Of a stretch of DNA of 64,000 nucleotides, positions 20,862 to 31,872 are shown one piece after another; position 1 is the first letter of the stretch, and each line of letters begins with the position of its first letter. Origin of the DNA: an uncultured Desulfarculus sp. (GTDB lineage Bacteria > Desulfobacterota > Desulfarculia > Desulfarculales > Desulfarculaceae). The position numbers and the translations under genes are program-made. The stretch spans positions 3,648,001 to 3,712,000 of the forward strand of contig CAXXUK010000001.1 in the NCBI GenBank assembly GCA_963665125.2, written 5' to 3'. The notes under the pieces were generated by a model. That model worked only from the letters and a program-made list of their open reading frames with translations, ran no database searches and was not told the origin of the DNA.

Positions 20862-21022
20862 GTGTTTTTTGGTATATATTAATATATAAATTTATTCATA
20901 TTTACCCTGAGGTAAAGCTGATTGTCCGATAATTTTTGTGCCTGCTTCGTTTAGTCTTGTGTTGAGTTTTTCATTAGTGCTGAAGCCAACTTTATCCGAC
21001 AATAACTGTCGATTTCCTCAGA

Positions 21023-21874
21023 TTATTTTTTCTCTATCGAACCTGTTCCGGAAATTTCCTTTTTTACATTTTCAGGGTTGCCGTAATAATCGACACTGCC
21101 TGCGCCGGATATTTCCACATTCAGATTTTTTGATGCATATACCTGGGCACTGCCTGCCCCACTGATGGAAATGTCCACATCATCAGTTTTTAAATCCTTC
21201 ATCTCTATGGAACCGGTCCCTGAGAGATTTACTTTTACTTTTTCACATTCTCCTTCGGCTTTGATATTGGAAGCTCCGCTGGATTCGAAGTCCAGTTCTT
21301 TGCACCCGGCGGATTTGATATCAACTTCGCCTGCTCCGCTCTGAGATATTTTAACATTCTCATTCTTCAGATTTATTATCTTGACATTTGCAGCCCCGGA
21401 TGCACTCAATTCATCGAGTTTTTCCAGGGAGATTTTAATGTCGGCTTTATTTTTATCGAAGGGATTGCCTAAAGAAGTAATATGAAGCGTATCGCCCTGG
21501 ACTTCCGTCTCTATGGAAGAAATCAGGGTGCTGTCAGCCGATATTTCCACTTTCTGCTCCTTGCCGCATTCAATTTCCACATTGCCGGCTCCGTCGACCG
21601 CTATCCTGGTAAAGGGAGCAAGTTCACGAAAGTTTGAAGTGATATTTCCGGCTTTTTCAGCCTTATCAGGCTTACTTTTGAAGAGCTTGCCCAAAAGGGT
21701 TCCTCCTATCATCAGTGTCCCCGCCAGAAAGAAGAAAGCTACCAGTAAGGCAATGAGGCTGTACATAAGGCAATTGCTCTTCGGTTTTGGAGCATTCTTC
21801 AGGTCAGCTTCCAATGCAGCCCTGTTTTTTTCGTTCTCCGACATATACTCGTTTTGATTCTCCATAATTCTCAA
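21023..21874 (-). CDS. GIN-domain (DUF2807-like) beta-helix protein, membrane anchored
   Basis: TM helix then repeated SGAG/SGAS beta-helix turns, ending YYGNP..ISGTGSIEK. Confidence 0.85.
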   Translation of the reverse strand: MRIMENQNEYMSENEKNRAALEADLKNAPKPKSNCLMYSLIALLVAFFFLAGTLMIGGTLLGKLFKSKPDKAEKAGNITSNFRELAPFTRIAVDGAGNVEIECGKEQKVEISADSTLISSIETEVQGDTLHITSLGNPFDKNKADIKISLEKLDELSASGAANVKIINLKNENVKISQSGAGEVDIKSAGCKELDFESSGASNIKAEGECEKVKVNLSGTGSIEMKDLKTDDVDISISGAGSAQVYASKNLNVEISGAGSVDYYGNPENVKKEISGTGSIEKK

Positions 21875-21886
21875 CTCCAGTAAATT

Positions 21887-22645
21887 TTACTTTGCAGATT
21901 CAGGTTTTCCCACCTTGAATTTCTTCAGGATAAATGTAGCTCCTGCCGTTGAATCCATAGGATGGAGAGGAGTGCCCACTATTGTTGTTTCCTTGACCAT
22001 TCCCACTCCCTTTGCAAACCAACGGATGGTTTTTAACTTGTCTCCCCTTGTGTTTTCCTGATATACTTCAAGTCTGAAGCAGTTGAAATCACCTGCCTCA
22101 GTCTTAACAATTTCATTACCGGTTATCTCAAAAATATTGAAGCCTTTGAGTTTTTTCAGAGAGTTATCTTCCCATTCCCAGGATAATCCGTTTTTTAATG
22201 GGAATTTCAGAAGCAGATCCGGAGGTTGGGGAAAGAATTCTTTTGGCCCCATTGGGGTGAAGATTTCTCTCTTCCTGGAATATATGCCGTCACCGGGCCG
22301 GACTTCCAGGTAGTCTCTTCGGTTGATTCTGTTTCCCACAGAAGTCTCATAGATAAAGCAATTTACACCGTCAATCTTTGCTTTACCTGTAACTTTTATT
22401 GTTATGTCCGGTGCATCGGGGTCTTTGACAGACATTCCATAAATCCACCAGTTACCGGGCTGTAGCGGGAAATATTCTGATCTTCCATTTGTCTGAGAGG
22501 AAGAAGATTTTTTATCTGAACCCCTGATTCCCGGTTCTATGTTAATTTTCTTTTGTGCATAAGAAAGAGTGACCATGTTATTAAATAGAAACGCTGCAGT
22601 TAATATTATTAACACCGTCAAAAAGTATCGGATTTTTCTTTTCAT
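21887..22645 (-). CDS. Secreted hypothetical protein (DUF3108-like beta fold)
   Basis: Signal peptide; YFPLQPGNWWIY, VKTEAGDF, WFAKGVGMVKE. Confidence 0.7.
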   Translation of the reverse strand: MKRKIRYFLTVLIILTAAFLFNNMVTLSYAQKKINIEPGIRGSDKKSSSSQTNGRSEYFPLQPGNWWIYGMSVKDPDAPDITIKVTGKAKIDGVNCFIYETSVGNRINRRDYLEVRPGDGIYSRKREIFTPMGPKEFFPQPPDLLLKFPLKNGLSWEWEDNSLKKLKGFNIFEITGNEIVKTEAGDFNCFRLEVYQENTRGDKLKTIRWFAKGVGMVKETTIVGTPLHPMDSTAGATFILKKFKVGKPESAK

Positions 22646-22662
22646 TTGATATCCTCCCCGTG

Positions 22663-23472
22663 TCAGGACCCGGGTTTAAATTCCTTTAAAACAGTAGTGG
22701 AAGTCAATTTCTCCAGTTCCACGATTTCTTTAACCATGCCGGTCCCCTTTACATACCATTGGAGAGCACTGAATTCAGCTCCTGCCGCATTACCTTCGGG
22801 AGCTGAATTTCCTCCATGAGATTCGATTTTAAGAGCAGTGAATTTTCCTGCCGGAGTCTCAACTTCTTCTTCACCCCTCACCAAAAAAACAGCACTCTGG
22901 GTCATTCCCCCCATGTCTGCGCTTCTTGTCCAGCTTTTCCCGGGAGTAAGGGGAAACTCCATAATAACCTGTGGAGGATCGAGTTTTGCTTCTGTCATCT
23001 GCAAGTTGCCAACTTTGGGGTTGAATACGAAAAAATCCTGCCTGTGAAGGAGTAAGCCTTTCTCCGGGTTTACTTCATAGTATTCTCTTGGGTTCTGATC
23101 CTGGTTTGTAACCGTTTCTTTTATGAAACAGTTGACTCCCCCGATATCCTGAACTCCTGCAATTTTAAAGGTAATCTCGGATTTGGAATCCTTTTCATTC
23201 GGTGTTGACTTCTCAGTGTTTTCTCCATCAGTCTTTTCCTTTTCAGGTTTTGCTGACTCGGTGGGAGAATCGGTCTTTGTTTTTTCAACTTCTTTACCAT
23301 CAGAGTCTTTGGACTTTGTTTCCACTATGTATGTCCACTGATTTCCATTTTTGAAATTCAGGTAATCCTCAGATTTTGTTCCCGTTTTCTGTGAACAGGA
23401 AGACGCAATGAATGCTACGATTACAAAAAGGGACAATATGATTGTATTTAATACATGTTTCAGCTTAACCAT
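22663..23472 (-). CDS. Lipoprotein, paralog of the adjacent gene
   Basis: Lipobox-like ASSC; YLNFKNGNQWTY, VETPAGKF, WYVKGTGMVKE. Confidence 0.7.
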   Translation of the reverse strand: MVKLKHVLNTIILSLFVIVAFIASSCSQKTGTKSEDYLNFKNGNQWTYIVETKSKDSDGKEVEKTKTDSPTESAKPEKEKTDGENTEKSTPNEKDSKSEITFKIAGVQDIGGVNCFIKETVTNQDQNPREYYEVNPEKGLLLHRQDFFVFNPKVGNLQMTEAKLDPPQVIMEFPLTPGKSWTRSADMGGMTQSAVFLVRGEEEVETPAGKFTALKIESHGGNSAPEGNAAGAEFSALQWYVKGTGMVKEIVELEKLTSTTVLKEFKPGS

Positions 23473-24011
23473 TAGAAATCCTCATTCTCCAGATAATTCA
23501 TCACAGGACTTATGCATTTTTTATTCCGAGCTTGCCGGGGAATCTCACAAGTATGGGGATCAATTAAAAGATCCTTCGATTTAACTCAGACATCGGCTAT
23601 ATGGGCTATATGTTTGTAAATTCTTAGAATAAACTTTTAAAGAACCTTTTACAGCCAATGCTTAGAACTTACCGCCAGTGGAAATAGGATGTCGGATGAA
23701 AGGAATTGAAAGTGCCTTCCATCGCCACTCTCTCTACAGACAGGGCATAGCGACAGGCTTTCCTTTTGTCTGATTTCTATTTTCCATACTCTTATATCAG
23801 GATTACATATTGACGGCGTTTCTCTTAAAAATGCTTAAGTACTGTTATCAGATATTTGTATTGTACATCATTTTTAAAAAAAATGCCAGATTTCGCAAGT
23901 ATTTTCAGGTAACCATAATAAAATTTCTCAAAACTCACAGGGTTCCTTTAAGATGAATAGAAATAAAGTTAAAATCGAGGGGATTTCCCCGATAATATGA
24001 GGTGTAACAGA

Positions 24012-24581
24012 ATGGAAAAAATCAGTATAGGAAATAATGTTTCCCCGTTTCCCATGCCTGTAACTCTGGTTGGAGCATTATTCAACGGCTCTCCCAATTT
24101 TATGGCGGTATCCTGGATATCAAGGGTTAATAACAATCCACCCTTAATTGCTGTGGCAATAAACAGAACCCATGTTACCCATCATGCCATAAAAGAAAAT
24201 GAAACATTCAGTATTAACCTTCCCGGTGAAGAGCTTCTGTTAAAAACTGATTACTGCGGTATCAAATCAGGGAAAAAGGTTGATAAATCAAAGCTTTTCG
24301 AAGTTTTTTACGGTGAACTGGAAACAGCCCCCATGATTAAAGAATGCCCCCTGTGTCTGGAATGTGTTCTGGTGGACTCCGTCGCTTACGAAACCAACGA
24401 ATTGTTCGTAGGGCAGATCGTTCAGGGTTTCAGTTCAGAGAAATATCTTACTGACGGGAAACCTGATGTGAAGAAAATGAATCCTTTTATTCTCACAATG
24501 CCCGACAACACATACTACAGTATGGGTAAACCCATCGGTAAGGCATGGAAATCCGGATTGGAGCTGGATAAGGAGAAATAG
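24012..24581 (+). CDS. Flavin reductase family (flavoredoxin-like) protein
   Basis: PMPVTLVG, NFMAVSW, TDYCGIKSG, APMIKECPLCLEC. Confidence 0.9.
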   Translation: MEKISIGNNVSPFPMPVTLVGALFNGSPNFMAVSWISRVNNNPPLIAVAINRTHVTHHAIKENETFSINLPGEELLLKTDYCGIKSGKKVDKSKLFEVFYGELETAPMIKECPLCLECVLVDSVAYETNELFVGQIVQGFSSEKYLTDGKPDVKKMNPFILTMPDNTYYSMGKPIGKAWKSGLELDKEK

Positions 24582-24588
24582 TATTTCA

Positions 24589-26169
24589 ATGAAACCCCGG
24601 TTTTATCTTTTATTCTCGGCGATCATTCTTTTAGTTGGGTGCATCGGTGGGATCGTTTTCAGAGCCCCTATGAAGATGTATCCAATAAAGTTTGTCTGCA
24701 AAGACGGTAAAATGGGATATGCAAAGGTATATATTCCTGATACTCCTGAATCGGGCAAAAAATACCCTATTGTTTATTTGTGTCCGGGAATAATAACTCC
24801 TCATGATCGTATGGATTATATAGCAGGGGAACTTTGTCGCAGGGGGTATGCCGCCTGTTCGGTTTTCATTCCCCTGTGGCAGCCGCGGAAAAACCTGGAC
24901 ACTTTAAGATCTGCTATGAAATATGTCCGGGAAAATTATGGCATGATTGACCATAATAAAGCTGCAACCCTGGGGCATTCCCTTGGAGGAACCACAGCCG
25001 TTGACGCTTCACTACAGGACCCTGCCATACAGGCTTGTTCATCGGTGGGATTTTATATTGGTGGTGAATTGACTCTGCAGCCAAAAAACCTGCTTCTGGC
25101 AACGGGCGCACATGATGATCTAAATGATCCTGTAAAATTGAGAAGTTCCATAGCATCCCTCACCGATGGAAGAATTGCTGAAGAAGATATCCTGGTGGGT
25201 GATTTCAAAGACAAATCCGCACGATACCTGTTTATTTCACCTTTCTCCGCGCATCACTCGGAAATGGTGGACTTTTACATAACCCAACAATTTCTCAACT
25301 GGCTCCACCTTTCCCTTTATGGAACTCCGGAACCTAACCTGGATATATATTTTGTAAAATATATCATCTTTGGTCAGATTCTGATGGCAGGTTTATATCT
25401 ATGTCTTGTTCCCTTACTAATGTTTCTTGGGATAAAAATGGGGAAGAATTTTGGAAAGCTTATCCTTGCTATTCTTGTTCTTTCCACACTGGCTCTGGCA
25501 TTTGCCCCTATTCCCCCTGTTCCTTTTGCACGGGGAACAGTTTTCCTTTTTCTTGCATTTATAACCTCAACGTATTATTTGAAAAAACATTGTAACAATT
25601 TTAACGATTCATATGGTGATTTTCTTGTTTTCGTGAAAAAAGCTTTTATTCTGGTGATTCTCTTTGTTATGGCAATGATTGTGAGTCAGTTTGTTTTCTC
25701 ACTGAAACTTCTCCTTCAAAAGAAGGAATACCTGATGGGATTTCCCGGTTACATTATGGTTACTTTTCAGCTGGTTTCCTGTAATATCGCCCTTTCTGCC
25801 GTAAATTTTCTAAAACAGGTTGTCCCCTGGATATACCTGATCCTCTTTTCTCCTCTGTTATTGATTATTGGATGGGAAATTAAATACCCCGGCCGGTTTG
25901 GAGATCTCCTTGTTAATTGGCTTAATAAGATCGAGAGTTTCTGCCGCTTTAAAAAAGGAGTCAAGATCACTGGAAAACAGGTGACAATTTTACTGATTCT
26001 CCTGGTTCTTGCGGTTCTGTCGTGGTTCAGCCTCTATAGAGCAGGACTGTTCAAACCTATAATCATGGGACAATATTCCGGCTTTATTGTTCGTTACATT
26101 GCTTTGCCTATTCTGCTTTTTGTGTTGTTTCAGAAAATTAAAATTGTAAAGAAGAGTCTGGGAAATTAA
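24589..26169 (+). CDS. Alpha/beta hydrolase fused to a C-terminal polytopic membrane domain
   Basis: GHSLGG nucleophile elbow, GAHDD, AHHSE; about 7 C-terminal TM helices. Confidence 0.8.
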   Translation: MKPRFYLLFSAIILLVGCIGGIVFRAPMKMYPIKFVCKDGKMGYAKVYIPDTPESGKKYPIVYLCPGIITPHDRMDYIAGELCRRGYAACSVFIPLWQPRKNLDTLRSAMKYVRENYGMIDHNKAATLGHSLGGTTAVDASLQDPAIQACSSVGFYIGGELTLQPKNLLLATGAHDDLNDPVKLRSSIASLTDGRIAEEDILVGDFKDKSARYLFISPFSAHHSEMVDFYITQQFLNWLHLSLYGTPEPNLDIYFVKYIIFGQILMAGLYLCLVPLLMFLGIKMGKNFGKLILAILVLSTLALAFAPIPPVPFARGTVFLFLAFITSTYYLKKHCNNFNDSYGDFLVFVKKAFILVILFVMAMIVSQFVFSLKLLLQKKEYLMGFPGYIMVTFQLVSCNIALSAVNFLKQVVPWIYLILFSPLLLIIGWEIKYPGRFGDLLVNWLNKIESFCRFKKGVKITGKQVTILLILLVLAVLSWFSLYRAGLFKPIIMGQYSGFIVRYIALPILLFVLFQKIKIVKKSLGN

Positions 26170-26247
26170 CAGAATTGCTCTTCAGACGGTTTTTCTCTGA
26201 CAAAGAAAGAGGAGTTAATCCAAGAGGCAGGCTGAAAGTTAATGAGA

Positions 26248-28023
26248 TCAGCCCTGTATCAGGGGAAGGGTGAAATGAAAAGTGGTTCCTGTGGGAGGCT
26301 CCGAGTGGACTCCTATGGTTCCGTTCAGATTTTCTATAATCTGACGGCAAATTGCCAAACCCAAACCGAAACCTCCGCCATGCCTGGCTCTTGCCCTGTC
26401 AGCTCTGAAGAAACGTTCGAATACTCTTTCCATATTTTCAGGTGATATGCCCGGCCCTGTGTCTTCCACTTCCACACGACAGAAATTATCTTTTTTCATA
26501 AGTCTGACTATAATTTTTTCTCCTTCAGGGGTGTAACGCATGGCATTATCGATGAGGTTTATCAGCACCTGCTGAACTCTGTCCATGTTTGCATAAGCGG
26601 GAGTATCACATTTCAGGTCGGCAATAATGAGAATCTGTTTTTTTCTTGCCTGGGGTGTAAGTCTCTTTAAGACTTGAGTGGTCAGGTATTCCATATTAAC
26701 CGGATGCTTTTCCATTTTAACCATACCCGATTCCATTTTGGAAAGGTCCAGGAGATCTTTAACCAATCTTGTGAGGCGGTCAACTTCCTTGTTGATGGAA
26801 TCGAGAAATTCTTCCGCCCTGTCTTCTTTTAAAGCTCCATCCAGGAGAAGTTCCGCCAATCCTTTGATGGATGCCAGGGGTGTTCTTAATTCGTGGGAGA
26901 CATTGGATACAAACTCTGTTTTCATCTGATCCAGTCTGCGGAATTCCGTAACATCGTTCAGAATGATAACCATTCCGATGGGTCTGGAAGTTTTTGAAAA
27001 CAGAGGTGTAATATGGGCATCCACAGCTCTTTCTTCAGGGAATTCCTCCAGCTGTCCATGGACTTCCTTGTGATTTTCCGAGTCTTCCAGCAGGTGAAGA
27101 AGGGAATGACCCGGCATGACTCTGGAAATATTTTTTCCGAGGATTTCCGAATCTCTGAGTCCCAGTAGTTTCATAGCGGTGTTGTTTATCATTATTATGG
27201 ATCCTGAGATGTCCACCACGACCACTCCTCCCGCCATGTTGTCAATTATAGCGGAGAGCTTGTTTCTCTCATCCATGAGGGCTTCCAGGGTTCCCTGAAG
27301 TTTTTCAGCCATCATGTTGAATCGTTCCGCAAGAACACCGATTTCATTTCTGCCTGTTACTCCTGCTCTTTGATTCAGTTCTCCTCTTGCCATGTTTTCT
27401 GCAACCCTTGTTATCTCTGTAATGGGTTTTGTGATGTAGTGGGAAAATACTATGGCAAGAATCAGTGAAACCGCCAGTGAAATTAGGAACCCTGTAAAGA
27501 AGCGGTTTCTCAGTTCCAAAATGATGCTCTGCAGATATGTTTTTGATCGGGAAACATAGACAACGCCGATCACTCTGGTCTCCTTACCGTCGCTGGATGT
27601 TTCCTTGATGGGGTATGCACTGGAAAGATAGTCTTCCATATCCCCTGCGGCAGGTTTCCCCTTCATTGCTGATTTGACTTCGCTTCTCAGGTAGATGTTG
27701 GGATCGTAAGGGATGCTCTGGGGCCAGTTCCATACAGGAGAACCCCTCTCGCTAAGAATCACCACCTGGGATCCTGTCTGGTTGGATAGTCGCGTTATAA
27801 TACCCCGATAGAAATATGTCTCTTTTCGGGTTAATGTCTCCAGCTGCTGCGTTCTGGGCCAGGCTTCAGCTATGGTGTAAGCCTGGGTGAAGAGTTCGTT
27901 CCCTGTGTATCTTGTAAAATAATCGTCAAGATAACCCAGGAGATACGATCCCAGAACACCCATGGAGAAAATAATTATAAGAAAATATGTTAACGTGAGT
28001 TCCCATGCTAATTTACGAAACAT
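26248..28023 (-). CDS. HAMP-PAS sensor histidine kinase (WalK/PhoR-like)
   Basis: 2 TM, HAMP, PAS, FVSNVSHELRTPL, NLIDNA, GLGLAI. Confidence 0.93.
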   Translation of the reverse strand: MFRKLAWELTLTYFLIIIFSMGVLGSYLLGYLDDYFTRYTGNELFTQAYTIAEAWPRTQQLETLTRKETYFYRGIITRLSNQTGSQVVILSERGSPVWNWPQSIPYDPNIYLRSEVKSAMKGKPAAGDMEDYLSSAYPIKETSSDGKETRVIGVVYVSRSKTYLQSIILELRNRFFTGFLISLAVSLILAIVFSHYITKPITEITRVAENMARGELNQRAGVTGRNEIGVLAERFNMMAEKLQGTLEALMDERNKLSAIIDNMAGGVVVVDISGSIIMINNTAMKLLGLRDSEILGKNISRVMPGHSLLHLLEDSENHKEVHGQLEEFPEERAVDAHITPLFSKTSRPIGMVIILNDVTEFRRLDQMKTEFVSNVSHELRTPLASIKGLAELLLDGALKEDRAEEFLDSINKEVDRLTRLVKDLLDLSKMESGMVKMEKHPVNMEYLTTQVLKRLTPQARKKQILIIADLKCDTPAYANMDRVQQVLINLIDNAMRYTPEGEKIIVRLMKKDNFCRVEVEDTGPGISPENMERVFERFFRADRARARHGGGFGLGLAICRQIIENLNGTIGVHSEPPTGTTFHFTLPLIQG

Positions 28024-28293
28024 AGCATTTTCTTTCGACTCTGCTGAAATTTTGTCCTTTTTTGCCGGAAATATATAAACTATACTTTAAGAAATGTCCC
28101 GGATCTGTGTAATATGAATTGAGACACAGGTTAACTCAACAGGAAAAAAAGGTGATGGGTGTTCTCCGGCATGTTTTGAGTAAGCAATTGTTCCTGAATC
28201 TCCATATTGTTATTTGCCCCTTTCTATGTTATCATCAAAAATAGAAATTCGTATTTGATATTGGATAAATCAATAATCGGAGGTGGGTAGTCA

Positions 28294-29286
28294 ATGAAAT
28301 ATTCTATTGTTTGGGGAAAGAAATACCTGTATCTTTTTGTTATTACTCTTTTATTGTTTTTAATTAGTTCTTCCGCTTTTGCCCAGCAAAAGGTCTATAC
28401 TCCCGAAGAGATTCAGAGGAAAGTGCGGGACATGGAGAGTCTGAACCTGCTTAAAGGTTTAAACCTCAGCCCTCAGCAGATGAAGGATCTTCTGCCGCTC
28501 CTTTACGATTCCAGACTTGTCGAACAGGAAGTCTACGAAGGCTATAAGAAAGACAGCATTAAAGCTGCCAAAATGCTGGATATGCTGAAGGAAAAACTCA
28601 AGAGAGACCAGGGCATTGATGTGAAAACTGAGGAGTCGGTCTGGTTCTCACTGGGAACGCTTTATGAATATGAGTATGACCAATACCGGACAATGGAAAG
28701 GCTTATAAAGGATACCCACAAAATTCTGAATGAGAATCAGTTACGAATTATTTCTGATTATATGCCCTGTGTGATACCCTGGAGCACGGTAAAAGCTCCC
28801 GACAGAATCGGCCAATCGGGGAGTATAGCAAAATTGGAGACACTCCTGGATCATCTGAGAACACTGAAAGGTAAAGCTTATAAGGAAGCCAAGAGAGATT
28901 TTCTGGTGGAACTGGACTGGAGAATGAGGATCGACCGTCGGGAAGACGACAGAGTCCGACAGATTCTGGTAAGGGAAGTCGACAGTAAGCTGGAAGAGAT
29001 ACACCGTATGCCGGAAAACGAATATCAGATAAGAAAGACGGATCTGGCTCAATCTGTTCGTCCTCCTGATCTGGAAATACTTCCGCCCCGTGTGGGAGAA
29101 GATCTGGATGAATATATCGCCGAGTATATTCTGAACCCTGCCAACATCGAGTATCTGCAGTTCCAGCTGGAAGCCCAGGGAATCAAGGATTATCCAAAAC
29201 AGGATGATGAGATAGATGAAGATGTAAATAAGGACTTGAATGGAGATGATCACGAAAAGGATACAAAGTTCAAGGTGGAGGATTAG
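28294..29286 (+). CDS. Secreted helical hypothetical protein
   Basis: RBS GGAGGT, signal peptide AFA, 330 aa. Confidence 0.75.
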   Translation: MKYSIVWGKKYLYLFVITLLLFLISSSAFAQQKVYTPEEIQRKVRDMESLNLLKGLNLSPQQMKDLLPLLYDSRLVEQEVYEGYKKDSIKAAKMLDMLKEKLKRDQGIDVKTEESVWFSLGTLYEYEYDQYRTMERLIKDTHKILNENQLRIISDYMPCVIPWSTVKAPDRIGQSGSIAKLETLLDHLRTLKGKAYKEAKRDFLVELDWRMRIDRREDDRVRQILVREVDSKLEEIHRMPENEYQIRKTDLAQSVRPPDLEILPPRVGEDLDEYIAEYILNPANIEYLQFQLEAQGIKDYPKQDDEIDEDVNKDLNGDDHEKDTKFKVED

Positions 29287-29513
29287 CAGGGCCTGATCCC
29301 GGAATTTTGTTTGCCTGATAGTGGAGTATAAGAGTGAATATAAGAATAAGGCGTGTCTGACCTGAATGAAAATTTCGCAGGTTGACAGGCCTTTTTTCAT
29401 TCTGGAGTTTACGGATCAGGGACGGAAGGATATTTAAGAAACCGGAAACAGGAAGTTTCAGGGAGTAACTCCATAACTTATGATATCACATATAAAAAGT
29501 TATGAAGAACCAT

Positions 29514-29966
29514 TTATTTTTTGCCCTCATAAAGCATAGATGTTAATGTGATTTTTGACCAATCGGATTTTTTGGCGGGTTTTTCCGGCTCCGGCATGAT
29601 TTGGTCTTTATCAGGTTTTTCCTGCTTAGGACCTCTTTCCGTTTCCGCTCTTGGGAAGACATGGATATCAGGTGCTCCCTTGATGAATCCCACTTTGTTT
29701 CCGCCATGATCCCAGATAACACCGTCTTCAAACCAACCCAGGTGTTTTCCGTTGAAGCCGTAGATGTTGTGATATCTGCCGTTTTTCACCAGGTAAGCCA
29801 GGGGAGTGCCATCCCAGACATAGATGGCCGAATCGCTTTCTGCGCTGATATATGCGACGGGATTACCCCAGAAATCATAAAGGTTCAATTCATCTGCTAT
29901 AGCCGGTAGTACTGCCATTATAAGAAAAATTACAATTGCCGGAAATAAAACGACTTGCTTCTTCAT
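29514..29966 (-). CDS. Secreted 4-fold beta-flower-like protein
   Basis: Repeating YDxxG/YVWDG/YGFNG/WDHGG units. Confidence 0.7.
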   Translation of the reverse strand: MKKQVVLFPAIVIFLIMAVLPAIADELNLYDFWGNPVAYISAESDSAIYVWDGTPLAYLVKNGRYHNIYGFNGKHLGWFEDGVIWDHGGNKVGFIKGAPDIHVFPRAETERGPKQEKPDKDQIMPEPEKPAKKSDWSKITLTSMLYEGKK

Positions 29967-29983
29967 TATTCAAACTCCATTTG

Positions 29984-30898
29984 CTAAATTGGTTCGTTGA
30001 GTCTTCCCGTTAGAAGGTTTGTTACAGCCCTGTTAAATCTTCGACGGGAATTCCTGAAAAACATTCCCATCCTGTATTTCATAGTTTTATGCGTTTTATC
30101 CAGATAAGCTTTATGTGCCACTATATGATCATATAATATGTCAATCGAATGAAATCTGTCATCCGGGTTATTCTGCAGGCATTTTGTCAGAATCTGCTCA
30201 ATATTGTCCGACAGGAAAGGGTTGATAGTGGAAATGGGTGGGAAGTTGAACTGATACTGTGTCGGTTCCTCCAGTGTAAGAGCATGAAAAAGAGTTGCTC
30301 CGAATGAGTAGATATCCGATCGGGGAGTGGTTTGCCCTCTTCCATACTGCTCCGGCGGACAATATCCCGGAGTGCCCAGCGGTGTGGTATCTCTGGGTTT
30401 CATGGGGTTAAAATGCCTTGCGATGCCCAGATCGATGAGTTTTAGTTCACCTGGAACCGTAATCATGATGTTTGCCGGTTTAAGATCACGGTAGACAATG
30501 GGCGGATCCTGTCTGTGGAGATAAGAGAGAACCCTGCAAATCTGTATGCCATATTCCACAATCTCGATCTCAGGCACAGGTTCTTCCGCTTTCTGGATGA
30601 TATCTTCCAGTGTGGGGCCTTCCACTCTTTCCATTACCAGAAAATCCCATCCATCCTCTACGAAATAGTCAGCCAGATAAACAAGATTTTCGTGAGAAAG
30701 AGAAGAAAGGAACGAAATTTCCCGGAAAAGGGAATCCCGTTCGTCATCGGTGGGGGAGTGGGTGAGCTGTTTTAAAGCCCATACCAGCCCTACATCTTTC
30801 TTGTCCCTTACAAGGTAAACTGTGGAAGTAGCTCCTTCACCCAGGTGACGGACAATTTCATAACGATGATTGACAATTGTTCCTGTTTTAAAATCCAT
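29984..30898 (-). CDS. Hanks-type Ser/Thr protein kinase
   Basis: LGEGATSTVY, ALK, YRDLKPANIM, IDLGIA, GTPGYCPPEQ. Confidence 0.95.
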   Translation of the reverse strand: MDFKTGTIVNHRYEIVRHLGEGATSTVYLVRDKKDVGLVWALKQLTHSPTDDERDSLFREISFLSSLSHENLVYLADYFVEDGWDFLVMERVEGPTLEDIIQKAEEPVPEIEIVEYGIQICRVLSYLHRQDPPIVYRDLKPANIMITVPGELKLIDLGIARHFNPMKPRDTTPLGTPGYCPPEQYGRGQTTPRSDIYSFGATLFHALTLEEPTQYQFNFPPISTINPFLSDNIEQILTKCLQNNPDDRFHSIDILYDHIVAHKAYLDKTHKTMKYRMGMFFRNSRRRFNRAVTNLLTGRLNEPI

Positions 30899-31427
30899 GG
30901 ATATATAATAATAAAATATCTGTCAAATGTCCATAATTTTTTGGGAGAATTATGCTTATTCTCAATATCAGGACAACCTGGTTTTGCCTCTGTTTTTTTT
31001 CCTGTAACTCCTTGAAAAATAGAGCCTTCCGGTCTGTGATATCTTCAACGGGATATAGATAACTGTATTGATATTCTTCCCCTTCCCCCGGAACTTCTCG
31101 GTACAAATCAAGCCTCTCACCTGTTCTGGTACTTTCTCATTATGGAGTTATCTGATAGGAATGAGGAGACCATATAGTCGGAAATGCCTGACAATGTCAT
31201 TTAAAATCTCTCGAAGATCCCGAAAAAAGTCAAAAAAAAGGACCCCTCGTCTGCTTGAGAGGCCACGAATATAGTGCATCTTCTAGCGATATTATATATG
31301 GCTTTATGATTTCTGTCAATTTTAAGGTTGAAAAATATCTCAGGAGATCGGCATAGGATATGTTTAAGAAATTTTGGTATTTTGTTAAAATTATTTTTGC
31401 CTTTTTTGGGATAGTTCCTTACACGAT

Positions 31428-31785
31428 AGTGTAGAATAATCCAGTGAATTTATTTCCTTCATTTAACTTCCGATTCTGAATCACAGGTATCCCCATTCGT
31501 ATTCGGTTAAGGAAAAATAAAGCGAAAACCGGTAGGTCCGTTCTCCAGAACGGACTCCCGATTCCGAAATGAGGCATAAAATGGACGCTCTGGAGAGCGT
31601 CGCTACCGGATCTCCATATTTCTTACAGCCTGGGGCAGGGACTCCGGACAACCCGGTTTATTCCGGGTAACATGGCGGAATGGGTCCGCCATCCCTTATC
31701 CGAATGCCAATGAGGGCATCCCTGCCTGTGATTCAGAGCCGGAAGTAAATTAAAAGGGATAAATTCACTGGATTTTTTTACATTA
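31428..31785. mobile_element. Composite MITE/REPIN-like element with long imperfect terminal inverted repeats
   Basis: AATCCAGTGAATTTAT..ACTTCCG..TCTGAATCACAGG (31438-31487) inverted at 31724-31774; internal GGTAG...CTACC palindrome pair 31551-31607. Confidence 0.7.
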
Positions 31786-31872
31786 TCTCCCGACACCTGA
31801 ATTGGAATATTTCATTTACAAAATACTACAATTTAGTTATAATTGTTGTAAGTGAATGGGGGGGATCCCTGT

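Noticed and set aside
20046..21020. Replication origin oriC
   Set aside because: Only one perfect and one near DnaA box; no dnaA/dnaN/gidA context
23480..23900. Known ncRNA or riboswitch in the intergenic gap
   Set aside because: Some hairpins but no family consensus recognised; would need an Rfam search
28741..29400. 219-aa minus-strand ORF and similar shadows (18090-18593, 37673-38245, 45307-45933, 63258-63749)
   Set aside because: Antisense to well-supported genes, no recognisable motifs
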